Below are positions 45,283-59,815 of a stretch of DNA of 64,000 nt, piece by piece. The number at the start of each line of letters is the position of its first letter. The first letter of the stretch is position 1. The stretch comes from Eledone cirrhosa (Eukaryota): NCBI GenBank assembly GCA_964016885.1, contig OZ024756.1, positions 29,636,001 through 29,700,000 of the forward strand, read 5' to 3'. The notes under the pieces are model-generated. The model searched no databases. It worked only from the letters and a program-made list of their open reading frames with translations, and was not told the DNA's origin. The position numbers were made by a program, and so were the translations under genes.

Positions 45283-45650
45283 GGTGGTGGTGGTGGTGGT
45301 GGTGGTGTTAGTAGTGATAGTAGTAGTAGCAGTAGTAATGGTAGTAGTTGTTGTAGTGGTAGTTGTAGTTGTAGTAGTGGTGGTAGTAGTAGTGGTAGTG
45401 GTGGTGGTAATAGTAGTAGTAGTAGTGATAGTAGTAGTAATAGTAGTAGTAGTAGTAGTAGTGATAGTAGTGGTAGTGGCAGTAGTGATAGTAGTAGTAG
45501 TGATAGTAGTAGTGATAGTAGTAGTAGTAGTGCTAGTAGTAGTAGTAGTGATAGTAGTAGTAGCGGTAGTAGTAGTAGTGATAGCAGTGATAGTAGTAGA
45601 AGTGATAGTAGTAGTAGTGATAGTAGTAGTAGTGGTAGTAGTAGCAGTGA

Positions 45651-45702
<52 letters not shown>

Positions 45703-46362
45703 TCTAGTAATAGTTGTAGTAATAGTAAGCAGCAATACTAGTAGTAGTAAAGGTAGTGATGATGGTTGTGGTGTTAGTAGTGGTAGTAGTATTAGAAGTA
45801 GTAGTGGTAGTAGGGGTAGTAGTGGTTGTAGTAGTAATGGTGGTGGTAATGGTATTAGTTAGTAGTGGTGGTGGTAGTAATAGTGTTGTTGTTGTTGATT
45901 GGCGGCGGTGGCGGTGTCGACGTTAAACCCCACATCATCTCTGATCGTGAAAACCTTTGATCAAAGGTGTTCCAGCCTTGACCTTCCTGTCTTTGACTAA
46001 TGTGTCTTTCCTTCCTGTTTAAAGACAGTAACAGGTTCACAGTAGAGGGTGAAAATTATGTAGTTCAGGCCGCCATTTTAATAGGTCATGTGACCTTGTG
46101 CGGGATATTATTTTGTTGGCACGTTTAACTTGTTTATTTATTTATTCATTTATTTATTTATAGGTCAGGGAGAAACAGGCCCTAATCGGGGCCGTGATGT
46201 GGCTGATGGTAGTGGATGGGATGGGGGCGTGGGGAGGGGTTCATGGAGGAAGTTATCCTTTAACCGGAGACCTGCACCAATTGCTTGCAAGCTATGGAGT
46301 GGTCCCTGTTAAAGGCACCCAACGACCAAGTCATAGCCGACGCGGAATAGAATCGAATTCTG

Positions 46363-46793
46363 TCGATTGATTGGTTATTGATTAGGCGAAACCCGCTGAT
46401 GAAGCCACATGCGCCGATTGTGCATTGCTGCATGATAAATGCAGACAGTGATGCTGTGCACTCTATTGCTGCATTAAGTGTGGCAGAAACTCAAGTATAG
46501 GTATAGGTATCGATTGATTGGTTATTGATTAGGCGAAACCCGCTGATGAAGCCACATGCGCCGATTGTGCATTGCTGCATGATAAATGCAGACAGTGATG
46601 CTGTGCACTCTATTGCTGCATTAAGTGTGGCAGAAACTCGAGTATAGGTATAGATTGGAGGTACCCATTTAGGTGTGTTGTTTTGTAGCAAATAACTATG
46701 TGTCTACGCTGGGGTTTTAAATAACATTACCTATTGAGTACGCTGAGATGCAACCGGTACTAGCAGTGAAACCCATGCTAGTCCCGTCAACTT
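46363..46793 (+). mobile_element. PLE-like 3' end with 147-bp tandem duplication, one HHR per unit (46391-46502, 46538-46649)
   Basis: ACCCG-CUGAUGA-AGCCACA...UGUGGCA-GAAA-C-UCGA-GUA-UAGGU; TTGAGTAC at ~46734; 3' end resembles 23380-23438. Confidence 0.82.
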
Positions 46794-46879
46794 ATATATA
46801 TAGAGAATAGGAAAACGCGAAGTAGTTTTAGATGTTAAAGTCCTTTATTGATAATGCTGTGATACATATTTTAATGATG

Positions 46880-46930
46880 ACAGGGGCCACGCGATTTCAT
46901 GTACCCAGTGCCATGATCTCATCAGACAGC
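46880..46930 (-). ncRNA. Weak hammerhead-like core
   Basis: Minus strand: CUGAUGA-GAUCAUG..CAU-GAAAUCGCG; stems I and III not resolved; AATAAA downstream. Confidence 0.3.
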
Positions 46931-47382
46931 TTCTTACATACATATATATATATATATATATATGTATACCTAAAGCTTATATATATATATATGTATACCT
47001 AAAGCTTATATATATATATATGTATACCTAAAGCTTATATATATATATATATGTATACCTAAAGCTGTATGTAGGAGACAGGTTTATATCTAACAACCCA
47101 AATATCGGCAGAGGAACAACGAAATTGCTAAGTGATTGTGGTGGTGTTTGTGGTGGTAGGGGTAGTTATGGGTGTTGTGGTGATAGTGGTGGTGGTGGTG
47201 GTGGTGGTGGTGGTGGTGGCGGTGGTATCATTACTTTCAGAAATTCCCATTAAAATGATGAGCAACCCCCCCCCCCCCCCCCATTCCTTTACATCCCCCC
47301 ACCGACATCTTTGAACCGACATCTTTGAGTCATTTTGATTTTATGTCATTTTCCCCAACTGAAATACAGGTCCAACATCGGA

Positions 47383-47700
47383 ATCATCATCACCATCATC
47401 GTCATCATCTTCATCACTGTAAACGTTATTGTCATCATCATCACCATCATCATCGTCATCTTCATCACTGTAAACGTTATTGTCATCATCATCACCATCA
47501 TCGTCATCATCTTCATCACTGTAAACGTTATTGTCATCATCATCACCATCATCATCGTCATCTTCATCACTGTAAACGTTATTGTCATCATCATCACCAT
47601 CATCATCGTCATCTTCATCACTGTAAACGTTATTGTCATCATCATCACCATCATCATCGTCATCTTCATCACTGTAAACGTTATTGTCATCATCAGCATC
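47383..47700. repeat. 51-bp minisatellite built on (CAT)n, ~6 copies
   Basis: Recurring CTTCATCACTGTAAACGTTATTGTCATC. Confidence 0.93.
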
Positions 47701-47728
47701 ATCATCATCATCATCGTCATTACCATCG

Positions 47729-47767
<39 letters not shown>

Positions 47768-47819
47768 GTAGTAGTAGTGTTGATTAAGTGTTGTGTAAGT
47801 GGGGGTGGGGCGAGGTTTT

Positions 47820-47941
47820 AGGGAGTGAGAGAGAGTGAGAAAGAAAGAGTGAAAGAGAGAGAGAGAGAGTGTGAGAGAGAGAGAATGAGAGAGAGTGTGG
47901 GAGAGGGTGTGTGAGAGTAGTGTGGGAGAGAGTGTGTGAGA

Positions 47942-47996
<55 letters not shown>

Positions 47997-48085
47997 CGAG
48001 AGAGAGAGAGTGAGAGGGAGAGAGAGTGAGAGAGAGTGTAGGAGAGGGTGTGTGAGAGTGTGGGAGAGAGTGTGTGAGTGTGTGT

Positions 48086-48121
<36 letters not shown>

Positions 48122-48191
48122 GTGAGAGGGAGAGAGAGTGAGAGAGAGTGTAGGAGAGGGTGTGTGAGAGTGTGGGAGTGAGTGTGTGAGA

Positions 48192-48239
<48 letters not shown>

Positions 48240-48309
48240 ATGAGAGGGAGAGAGAGTGAGAGAGAGTGTAGGAGAGGGTGTGTGAGAGTGTGGGAGAGAG
48301 TGTGTGAGA

Positions 48310-48353
<44 letters not shown>

Positions 48354-48423
48354 GTGAGAGGGAGAGAGAATGAGAGAGAGTGTGGGAGAGGGTGTGTGAG
48401 AGTGTGGGAGAGAGTGTGTGAGA

Positions 48424-48467
<44 letters not shown>

Positions 48468-48537
48468 GTGAGAGGGAGAGAGAATGAGAGAGAGTGTGGG
48501 AGAGGGTGTGTGAGAGTGTGGGAGAGAGTGTGGGAGA

Positions 48538-48585
<48 letters not shown>

Positions 48586-48644
48586 GTGAGAGAGAGAGAG
48601 AATGAGAGAGAGTGTGGGAGAGGGTGTGTGAGAGTGTGTGAGAG

Positions 48645-48676
<32 letters not shown>

Positions 48677-48680
48677 TGAG
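47820..48680. repeat. GA/GT compound repeat with ~115-120-bp higher-order units
   Basis: Recurring GGAGAGGGTGTGTGAGAGTGTG. Confidence 0.85.
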
Positions 48681-49133
48681 TCATGTGTACAAGAATGCCA
48701 AGGATATTTCTTTCTAAAGAATTCATTACATGAAGATAGCATTACAACTTTGGTTACCTGCTTCAGTCTACCTCTCTTTTCCTCTCTCTCTCTATCATAC
48801 TATCTCTTTCTACCTCTCTCTATCAGCCTTTCTCTCTATCATACTCTCTCTTTCTACCTCTCCCTCTCTCTCCCTTTATCTCTCTTTTCCCACTCTCTGT
48901 ATCACCCTCTCTCTCGCCCTCATCCACTCTCTCTATCTATTACAACACACAGACAGAAACACGTTCAGAAACACACACAGACATACAACACCCACATAGA
49001 GGCATAAACACACACAGACACAAACACACGCAGACATAAACACACACAGACACACAACACCCACATAGAGGCATAAACACACAGAGGCATACAACACACA
49101 CATACACAGACATGGAAATACACGCACAGACTT

Positions 49134-49172
<39 letters not shown>

Positions 49173-49655
49173 ACACACATACACACACATATACAGACAT
49201 GGAAACACACACACAGACACGAACACACATAGACATAGTAACATACTCACAAACGTACACAAGCACACTTAGACATAAACACTCACATACGCGTACACAC
49301 ACACACGCGCATACACACATAGACAGACAGAGAGAGAAATGCACACACGCACACACGCACACACTCACACATAAATGCACGCAGAGAGACGTAGACATAA
49401 ACGTTAACATACACGTACATACACGCACACACACACACAGAGGTACACACACATACATACAGACACACAGACAGAGAGAGAAACGCACGCAGACAGACGT
49501 AGACATAAACGTACATACACGTACATACATGTACATACACACAAACAGACGCACGTACATACACACAAACACACGCACACACACACACACACGTGCACCC
49601 CCCCCCCCCCACACAAATACATACACACAGACAGAGAGAGAAATGCAGGCAGTCA

Positions 49656-49686
<31 letters not shown>

Positions 49687-50411
49687 TATTTAGGGCGCCA
49701 TATCAGCACCAGATGCACTTAGATGCAGCCATCTGTGATGTTAACTTAAACAATGCAGATGTCAATGTTGCATATGGGTGCATCTAGCTATGTCAGGAAT
49801 GTGAAGCATGTCTCGACTCTCTTGCAGAATGCACAATGCAAGAATGCTGAATTGAATGAAGAATGCAGCACAACATGTAGTTACTCATGCAGGAATGCTG
49901 CGGGTGCATCATTATTTGCAGAGTGGAATTGGAGTGGAATTGGAGTGGAGTAGTGTGGTGTGGTGTGGTGTGGTGTGGTGTAGTGTGATGTAGTGTGATG
50001 GCGGCGATGTGGTGCGATGATGGCGCTGGCGGAGTGTGCCATCGATTGTTGAGTGAAGTGTAGTGAGGGGAGTAGAGAAAGGGAGGAGGGTAGGAAAAAA
50101 GGAATGTGGAATGAGGCTTATTGTGGCATCATTAGAAAACACTAGCAGAAAACCCACCCTACGGTTGGTTTTTTCTGCTAGCATGTGTAGCGTGTATATT
50201 GATATTATACACAAATATATATGCATGTAGATATGATACATCAAATAAAAGCATAATTGACAATATACACAGAAATTGAACGAAGTCTATGTTACACTGC
50301 CTTCTGTAATCAGTAAAGTAATCCATGATACTGTGGAGTGCTCTATATCAGTTATAAACATTTATGTTTGTCGGAATTCCAACAAATTAAATACAACTTC
50401 TACACACACAA

Positions 50412-50452
<41 letters not shown>

Positions 50453-50480
50453 GTTAAAGAATGAAGAGTAACATATCTAC

Positions 50481-50591
50481 GTACTCTGATGTGTTGACCA
50501 GAGGTAAATAATGTATTGGAGATCGAATGACGCAACCTCAATCGATTAGCGAACTCTAGACACACCTGATCAACGAAACAATTGTCAGTAC
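50481..50591 (+). ncRNA. Hammerhead ribozyme candidate (A9 changed to U), extended stem II
   Basis: GUACU-CUGAUGU-GUUGA...UCAAC-GAAA-C-AAUU-GUC-AGUAC; bracketed by IR 50450-50474 / 50624-50648. Confidence 0.7.
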
Positions 50592-50926
50592 TTTAAATAA
50601 AGCCCCTTATTGTGCAGCCACCCATGTTACTCTTCATTCTCTAACTATTATTACTCCAAGTATAACCTGCATAGAAATTACCGCGAACTCGCTGCATAAC
50701 TATGGAAGCATCTTGTTGAGTCAAAACAAGGTGTACGTTAAAACTATCCACAACGCAGAGTACTCACAACCTCTAACTGGATTACCTATAACGATAACCT
50801 GTTATCCTATATAAATGGAAAAAGATGAGTATTGACGTCAATACTCATCTTTTTCCATTTCTCCGAGGGTTCTTAACCCCACTATCAGGCTAAATAATTT
50901 CTTTAATTTCTTTAGTCAAAATACGG

Positions 50927-50985
<59 letters not shown>

Positions 50986-51179
50986 CAGGTTATCAATAAT
51001 GTAGTGATAATATATCGTTACGTTAGAGATGAACAGCGTACGTGCAGGTTAGCTCAACGAGTATAAATTATATTCCGGAGAAAATGTAGAAAGGATGAAT
51101 ATAAAATGAAAGTGCTTTTTTTAAAAATACCTAATAAATTCCTTTTTTAAAATAAGCACTTTCATTTTATATTCATCCT

Positions 51180-51261
<82 letters not shown>

Positions 51262-51264
<3 letters not shown>

Positions 51265-51435
51265 AACCAGTAAGACCCCAACAGCTGAGCTCAAGCCGTT
51301 TCGACGGCTAATTCTGGACACGGCTTGAGCTCAGCTGTCGGGGTCTTACTGGTTCCTATTACCCACTCTACTACCTCAAGTATTGAGTACTTTGGTGCGT
51401 TATGGTCCACCTGGTTCCTTACCACATTTCCTTCG

Positions 51436-51437
<2 letters not shown>
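51262..51437 (+). mobile_element. Family A fold-back element
   Basis: Homologous to other family A copies; (TA)n on both sides. Confidence 0.82.
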
Positions 51438-51476
<39 letters not shown>

Positions 51477-51508
51477 TTAGAAAGGGAAGGAGGGAGAGAG
51501 AGAAACAG

Positions 51509-51543
<35 letters not shown>

Positions 51544-52104
51544 TGTAAAATCCCGACCACGACGTCAAGCCATTGGGATTTTACATATCTCTATACCCAC
51601 TCTGCATCTCCTCAAGTATCGAGTACTCCCATGATTAGTGGTCTCTTCGGTCTCAGCTGCGCAGACTCTCGCTCTCTCTCTATATATATATGTATGTATG
51701 GATGTATTATATGTATATATGTGTGTATATATGTGTGTGTATGTATGTGTGTGTGTGTGTGTGTGTGTGTTTGCGTGCGTGTATACAATAGCGCATATCT
51801 TCCTGAATATCTCAGATATACGAACGATATCGGAATGATATGTAGATGACATCCGCAGCTGTTCAATACAACAACGAGACAATTATAATGGGCGACTGGT
51901 TCATTAAAATAAAGTCTCAACATTTAAATTAAAATGGCGAAATTTCAGTCTTTGAATTCTTCCATTCAGCTATACGTTTAATACATTCCAGCGAATTTCT
52001 ATTTCGAGTAGAACTTTCGAGAACAAAGCCTACATTAGTCAATAGTAGTAGATCATATAAATGATTTAATAACATTGGACTGCATCATATAGTAGTAAAT
52101 GTCC

Positions 52105-52279
<175 letters not shown>

Positions 52280-52598
52280 AGATCAGAGCAAACAGCACGG
52301 ACACTCTATCTCAAAATTATTTATATATAGATATATATATATGTGAGATCTATATATAGATATATATATATGTGAGATTTATATATAGATATATATATAT
52401 GTGAGATCAGAGCAAACAGCACGGACACTCTATCTCAAAATTATTTTTGAAAAGCATTTAGAAATGCGCAACCGGTAAAAACTTAAAAACTTAAAACCAC
52501 AACTGAATACTAACCCATACAATCACTAATACTCTTTTATTCCTAATTAAACCATTTTTCAACTGTGAACAATTTGTCAGCATTTTCTATTCCGTTTA

Positions 52599-52675
<77 letters not shown>

Positions 52676-52873
52676 ATAGTTAATTTATTTTAATTTCTAT
52701 GTTGTCTATGTTACCGTCATGTCTTTGTCTGGCGTGTTCATATAGTACTGAACCATTCTTTTTTTTTGTCCTTTTAGTTCCCTACAGTGTTGATCTATTC
52801 TTTCTCCTATGCTTCGAGCTGTTTCACTTATGTATGTGGTTGTCATGATTCTGAAAGTACCCTCTGTAGAAAC

Positions 52874-53179
52874 ATGACAACGACATACATAGGTGAAACA
52901 GCTCGAAAGATAGGAGAAAGAATAGACCAACACTGGGGGGAAGTAAAAGGACAAAAAAATGGTTCAGTACTATATGAACACGCAAGACAAAGACATGACG
53001 GTAACATAGACAACATAGAAATTAAAATAATATCTAAGCATAGAAATGACTTTACAGGTAGGCAAATCAGAGAAGCAACTGTGATAGAACTAAGAAGACC
53101 GAAGTTGAACAGAAAGAACAAATTGAATAACAACAACAACCATACCCAAACAAACAATACTGACTTAAGGGAAATATAA
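52874..53179 (+). pseudogene. GIY-YIG endonuclease C-terminal fragment (PLE ORF end)
   Basis: YIGETARKIGERIDQH..SVLYEH..H..IKII..RQIREATVIELRRPKLN: YIG, R..H, RE..I and P.LN motifs. Confidence 0.9.
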
Positions 53180-53358
53180 ATAAATAAATAAATAAATAAA
53201 TATATACACAAGTACAATAACAACAAACAGATAAACAAACACTAGTGAACAAAGATAGAATACAAAAACAAAAACACATGCACTCAAACGCAAATACACA
53301 CACACACACCAAACATTGTACAGACACGCAAACGCATGCGCAGAGACAGAGACAAGAA

Positions 53359-53409
<51 letters not shown>

Positions 53410-53455
53410 AATAAAAATGGCGTAGACATTACAATGCAATACGAGGAAACATAAG

Positions 53456-53505
53456 AGTACCACTGATGATGTTGCAGATGTGCAACGAAAGAACTTTGAT
53501 AGACT
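53456..53505 (+). ncRNA. Hammerhead ribozyme candidate in the Penelope 3' UTR
   Basis: CA-CUGAUGA-U-GUUGCA GAUG UGCAAC-GAAA-GAACUU-UG; perfect 6-bp stem II, weak stems I and III. Confidence 0.65.
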
Positions 53506-53830
53506 ATATATATATATTTATATTTGTATTTTTAACCGCTGGTCAATCAATGTTGAACATTGATTGACCCCCCCCCCCCCACCACCGCTTCCTATCTCTG
53601 GCCATATTGGGACATGTGGGGCCGAGGAATCGGGTCAGATCATCGCGCCTTCAGAAGAAATAGGAGGGAAAAACTGTAACGGAAACAACAATGAAATGGT
53701 GGACATTTCCGATCTCAGCTAAGAAGAATAGAATAGATTAAAGTATTATTGTTATTTTGTTATTACATTTACATATATATATAGTCTGCCGTCGGGGTTA
53801 AACATTTTCATATATATATATATATATATT

Positions 53831-53905
<75 letters not shown>

Positions 53906-54110
53906 GTATATATATATATATATATATATATACATACATATGTATGCATGTATACGGTCTTCTGGCAGAAACAAATGACGCCAATCAGACCTACGTTCAA
54001 TTCCTATAAGAACAAATACTTTATATTCTCTTATGTTGTTTTCTTTCCATTACATTTGACGTACTTCCTTGGTAGACATTACATTTGGTGGAGATGAGCG
54101 GAAAGTGGAG

Positions 54111-54212
<102 letters not shown>

Positions 54213-54349
54213 ATGAAGTACAACAACAACAACAAAGGAACAATAGTACAACTAAACTAACGTATAAGAAAACAAAGAATTGATAACAAAAGCAAAAAAG
54301 CAAAAAAGCAAAAAAGCAAAAAAGATAGGTGGGATATAATAATACGGAA

Positions 54350-54452
<103 letters not shown>

Positions 54453-54492
54453 AATATAGAGAGACAGATTGGAGGATAGATGCAGAATAAAG

Positions 54493-54576
<84 letters not shown>

Positions 54577-55013
54577 GTAGATAGATAAATAGATAGATAC
54601 AGATAGATAGATAGGTTGATAGCAAGCTAGCTAGATAGATATATAGAACAATATGGAGACATATATGAGATAGATAAAGAGATGAAGACAAATAAAAGGT
54701 TATATAATGCTACTATTATCATTAGTAAAATAAAAGAAATGGAAGCAAAAAAAATACAAAGTACAAAAATACAATGGAAATATAAGCCCCCCCCTCTCTC
54801 ACCCCTAAAATGCAAAATCAAAAACAAAAAAGCCCCCAAAACAAAGCTAAAAGCAAGAACAAAAAGAAAGAAAAAAGATGAAAGGAAAATAAAAAGGTAG
54901 AAACGATAGAATAGTTGTTAAAGAGCTGAAGAGAAAGAGAAGAGATCGATAATCTACCCAAATTCGCTATTTAGCAAATTCGACATTTTGTTTGAGGAGA
55001 TGTTGTGTAGCTT

Positions 55014-55154
<141 letters not shown>

Positions 55155-55158
55155 TCGT

Positions 55159-55256
<98 letters not shown>

Positions 55257-55258
55257 GA

Positions 55259-55322
<64 letters not shown>

Positions 55323-55387
55323 GAAAATAGAGAAATTAATGTGAGCAAGAAGCCAACAGTAATTCATACATATAAGTGACTATATAC

Positions 55388-55500
<113 letters not shown>

Positions 55501-56618
55501 TACATACATATATAAATATATATACTTATAGGTATATATGCATATGTATAAATATATGTTTATGGATGCCTATAAGTATGCATGTATGCATGCATATAAG
55601 TATGCATGTATGCATGCATATACGTATGTACGCATGTATGTATGTAGGTGTGTATATATGTATGTATGTATCTATGTGTGTATGTATGTATGTATGTATG
55701 TATGTATGTGTGTATGTATGTATGTATGTATGTATGTATGTGTATTATATAGCGAATAAACACACATAGACATGATACATATAGAGTATAGCTCTTATAT
55801 TCTTATAAGAGAGGTATTTATCCAGTTTGAACGCACCACACACAAACATACACACACAAATACATATACATATAAATAAACAAACGCACACACAAATACA
55901 CACACATACATACACACATATATCTGTACATGCATTTAATATAAATATATCATTATTATTATTACTTATGACTGGAAACGGAACGAGAGATCTAGTCACG
56001 TGGCACATATCACTCGTTTGGTCTTGCCCCCCCCCCCCCAGCTCTTCCACTCCTTCCTCACCATCCTCCTCCTTCCCCTCGTTCTTCATCTCCTCCTCCT
56101 CATTCATCTTCTTCTTCTTCTTCTTCTTCTTCTTCTTCTTCTCATCCGCTCCTCCTCCTCATTCTTCTTCTTCTTCTTCTTCTTCTTCTTCTTCTTCTTC
56201 TTCTTCTTCTTCTTCTTCTTCTTCTTCTTCTTCTTCTCCTCCTCCTCCTCCTCCTCCTCCTCCCCTCCCCTCATTCTCCACCATTTCTGTGATTGACCAA
56301 GACAGATTGGGCAGTGTTCCATTGTCGGCAAATACAATATGACTAAACACAACAACAACAACATCAACATCAACAATAAAGCAGCAGTGACAACATCAGC
56401 ACCATGACGATGATGACGATAATGACGATGACGATGATGATGATGATGATGATGATGATGACGATGATGATGATGACGATGATGATGACGATGATGTTGA
56501 TGATGATTCAGATGAGAAAACTAACATCCGGTATGATAATCATTCGATTTGTTGCGTGGTTGAATAATTGAATGGTAATCGCTGAAACCGACGAAGGACC
56601 GGCCATGTCTAACCGACA

Positions 56619-56726
56619 AAAATCCCGCCGAGGTTGACTTTGCCTTTCATCCTTACGGGGTCGATAAAATAAAGTACCAGTAATGCACTGGGTAATTGCT
56701 GGCCTTGTGCCTAAAGTAGAAACAAG
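56619..56726 (+). mobile_element. 5'-truncated S1 SINE
   Basis: S1 body. Confidence 0.85.
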
Positions 56727-57992
56727 TATGTATCACCTTTGATGGCTGTTTTCAACCTCGTATCCACCCTTTAAAGCGGATAAGTACGAACCAACCAAAA
56801 GAAGACTGACAGCTCCAGCATACCGACTCCCGTTATGCCTGAATTGGGAAGTGGGGTGAACTCCTGCTGGTCTACAAAATGGCGCCTTCTCCGTTCTCTC
56901 GGCTATCCATAATACTGCCAATTATGCCCTGGTCAATGCTACCGGCCTCGCCTTGTCGCTTTAATTACTCTGCATATGTCATACGGCAATGCATCTCCCT
57001 TACCATCCTCCGGGAAAAAAACCTTCTCTATTCTGTCGGCGGGGCTGTGGGGCGGCCAGCACGTGGGACCCCATTTGCTATGGCAGGGCCAGAGAGATAG
57101 GGGCGATGACAGTGGGAGTTCGGCTCTTCTGAGTTCGGACACATTGCACCTGTCATCTGGATCATGTGATAAAGCACATATTTGTTGTCGTTTATTATCG
57201 ACATTTTAGCGATGTTTCTTTTCTCTTAACTAATCACAGTCTAAACCGTAAGCAAGAATTATTTAATATTCGGTTGTGTTTATCACCTCTGCCGGCCAAA
57301 TGGCCAAATTCTCTCGCATGCATCTCCGTCGTGGCACTGGCTTCACCAAATTGGGTTGGATGTTGAAAGCAAGAGCTCGGTGCTATAACCGATGCAATGC
57401 CTGGGTTGCACAAAGCAAGAGCTCGGCGCTATAACCGGTGCAATGCTTGGGTTGCACTATCCTAAAATGCATATATACTTGCAGCTGGGCACCGCTTGTG
57501 AAACCAATCACCCGAATAAACTCCATTGAAATTGAACTTACACCGTGAATTCCTTCGATGGTACCGGCTCAACCCACCCCGGGGGAACGTTGCCACACGT
57601 ACAAGCAAGTAAACAAGTAAGTAAAAAAAAAAAGACTGAACTGTCTACGGTAGTTTTTCAACCATCTTCGTTTAGTAAGCGACTTTAGAAGTATCACGTG
57701 TTTTGATGAAATATAACCACCCGTCCCTCACTCCCGTTCCTCACTCCCGTTCCTCACTCCCCTCCCCATGAAAATATCAACCAACCATAAACAAAATCAA
57801 ACAAAACAACAATTAATGAAAAATATAAAATACCCATTAAATAAAAAAAAAAGAAAGAAAAATTTTTTTTTTTCGGAAGCTCCAAAAATTTGTCGAAAAT
57901 CTGGAATAATCTCTCGTTTTTTTCCATCTTATATATGGCTTCATGTAGAATATACAGATATGTATGTATATATATGTATATATGTATGTATG

Positions 57993-58054
<62 letters not shown>

Positions 58055-58217
58055 CATATATATATATAGATGTGCGTGTGTGTGTATATGTGTATATGTA
58101 CATATATATATATATGTATATATATATATAGATGTGCGTGTGTGTGTATATGTGTATATGTACATATATATGAGTGTGTGTGTCTGTATTTATACATACA
58201 TTCATAATCACACATTC

Positions 58218-58312
<95 letters not shown>

Positions 58313-58333
58313 ATACTATTAGATATACAAAAT

Positions 58334-58364
<31 letters not shown>

Positions 58365-58436
58365 ATCTTAGTTTTCACCTCAACGAAAACATTGACGTTT
58401 CACCTAGTTATTTACTTAACAAAATCTGAAATATCA

Positions 58437-58542
58437 TCCACTGATGAGTTTATAAAACTATGGATTATATACAAGTTTCTACATAACCTGGACATTATTT
58501 ATCCCAAATTATAGAAATCTTATAACGAAACGATCGTCTGGA
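58437..58542 (+). ncRNA. Type I hammerhead ribozyme candidate, extended stem II
   Basis: UCCA-CUGAUGA-GUUUAUAA...UUAUAAC-GAAA-C-GAUC-GUC-UGGA; canonical core, palindromic ACGAUCGU. Confidence 0.82.
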
Positions 58543-58725
58543 AGGAAAGAGATATTTATTTAGTTATGTCTCATATAAAATAATACAACCAGCTATCCAC
58601 AAAATACAATATAGTTAGCACCCCAAACGTATAATTGGGATTATACTTAGGTATATCCTAATGTTTGTTGAGTGAGATGGAGTTGGTCAAAGTATCGCTT
58701 AAGGCTTTCTCTGTTAATGTATTAA

Positions 58726-58836
<111 letters not shown>

Positions 58837-59040
58837 TGCAAGTAAGACACATTAATCAAGTAAGACATACTAATCTCATACTTAAGTATTAACAGTAACC
58901 TACTCATAGACTATACCAATACTAAAATCGAGAACTTACACACCGTCAAGCGAGTAAACCCGATCAATATATTATTTAGAAGTTCGATAGGAAAAATATA
59001 TTGGAATGTCGTAAAGAAAAGCTGTTCTTTATACATACGA

Positions 59041-59185
<145 letters not shown>

Positions 59186-59671
59186 TATATATGTGTACGG
59201 TGTGGAAACTGCAAATATTTGTGTATGTATGTATGTATTTATGTATGTATGTACGTATGTACATATATATATGTATGTATGTATATATATGTATATATGT
59301 ATGTATATATATATATATATATTTATTATGTATGTATGTATGTATGTATATATATATATATATGTGTGTGTATGCATGTCTATCTCTCTATCTGTCTGTT
59401 TGTATGTATGTATGTATGTATGTACTCGAAATTCTTGTTGGAGTTGTAGGGACGCCGTCGCGATATACGTCATGTCGAGATCCTTTTACTCCTGGCGGAG
59501 CCCTTCTCCTCTCCAGGTCTGAATACAGCAGATTTCTTCCAGAGAAGGATAGAGAGAGAAGGAGAGAGAGAGATAGAGAGAGAGAGACAGAGAGAGAGAG
59601 AAAAAATATATATATAGAGAGAGAGATAGAAGAGTTAGAGAAAGAGATAGAGAAGAAGAATCGATCTAAGT

Positions 59672-59815
59672 GCTTGACTGGTATTTTTTTTTATCGACCT
59701 AGAATAGATGAAAAGCAAAGTTGACTTCGGTGGGATTTGAACTCAGAGAGCAAAGCTCCCGAACGAATACTACAAAGCATTCTCTTCAATGTTCTAACGA
59801 CTCCACCAATTCACC
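59672..59815 (-). mobile_element. S1-related SINE
   Basis: Matches 29388-29506. Confidence 0.7.

Larger units (their letters stand above)
52674..53710 (+). mobile_element. 5'-truncated Penelope-like element with 5' inverted duplication
   Basis: GIY-YIG ORF end, inverted copy 52685-52853 / 52867-53030, 3' UTR with HHR core, (TA)n upstream. Confidence 0.9.
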
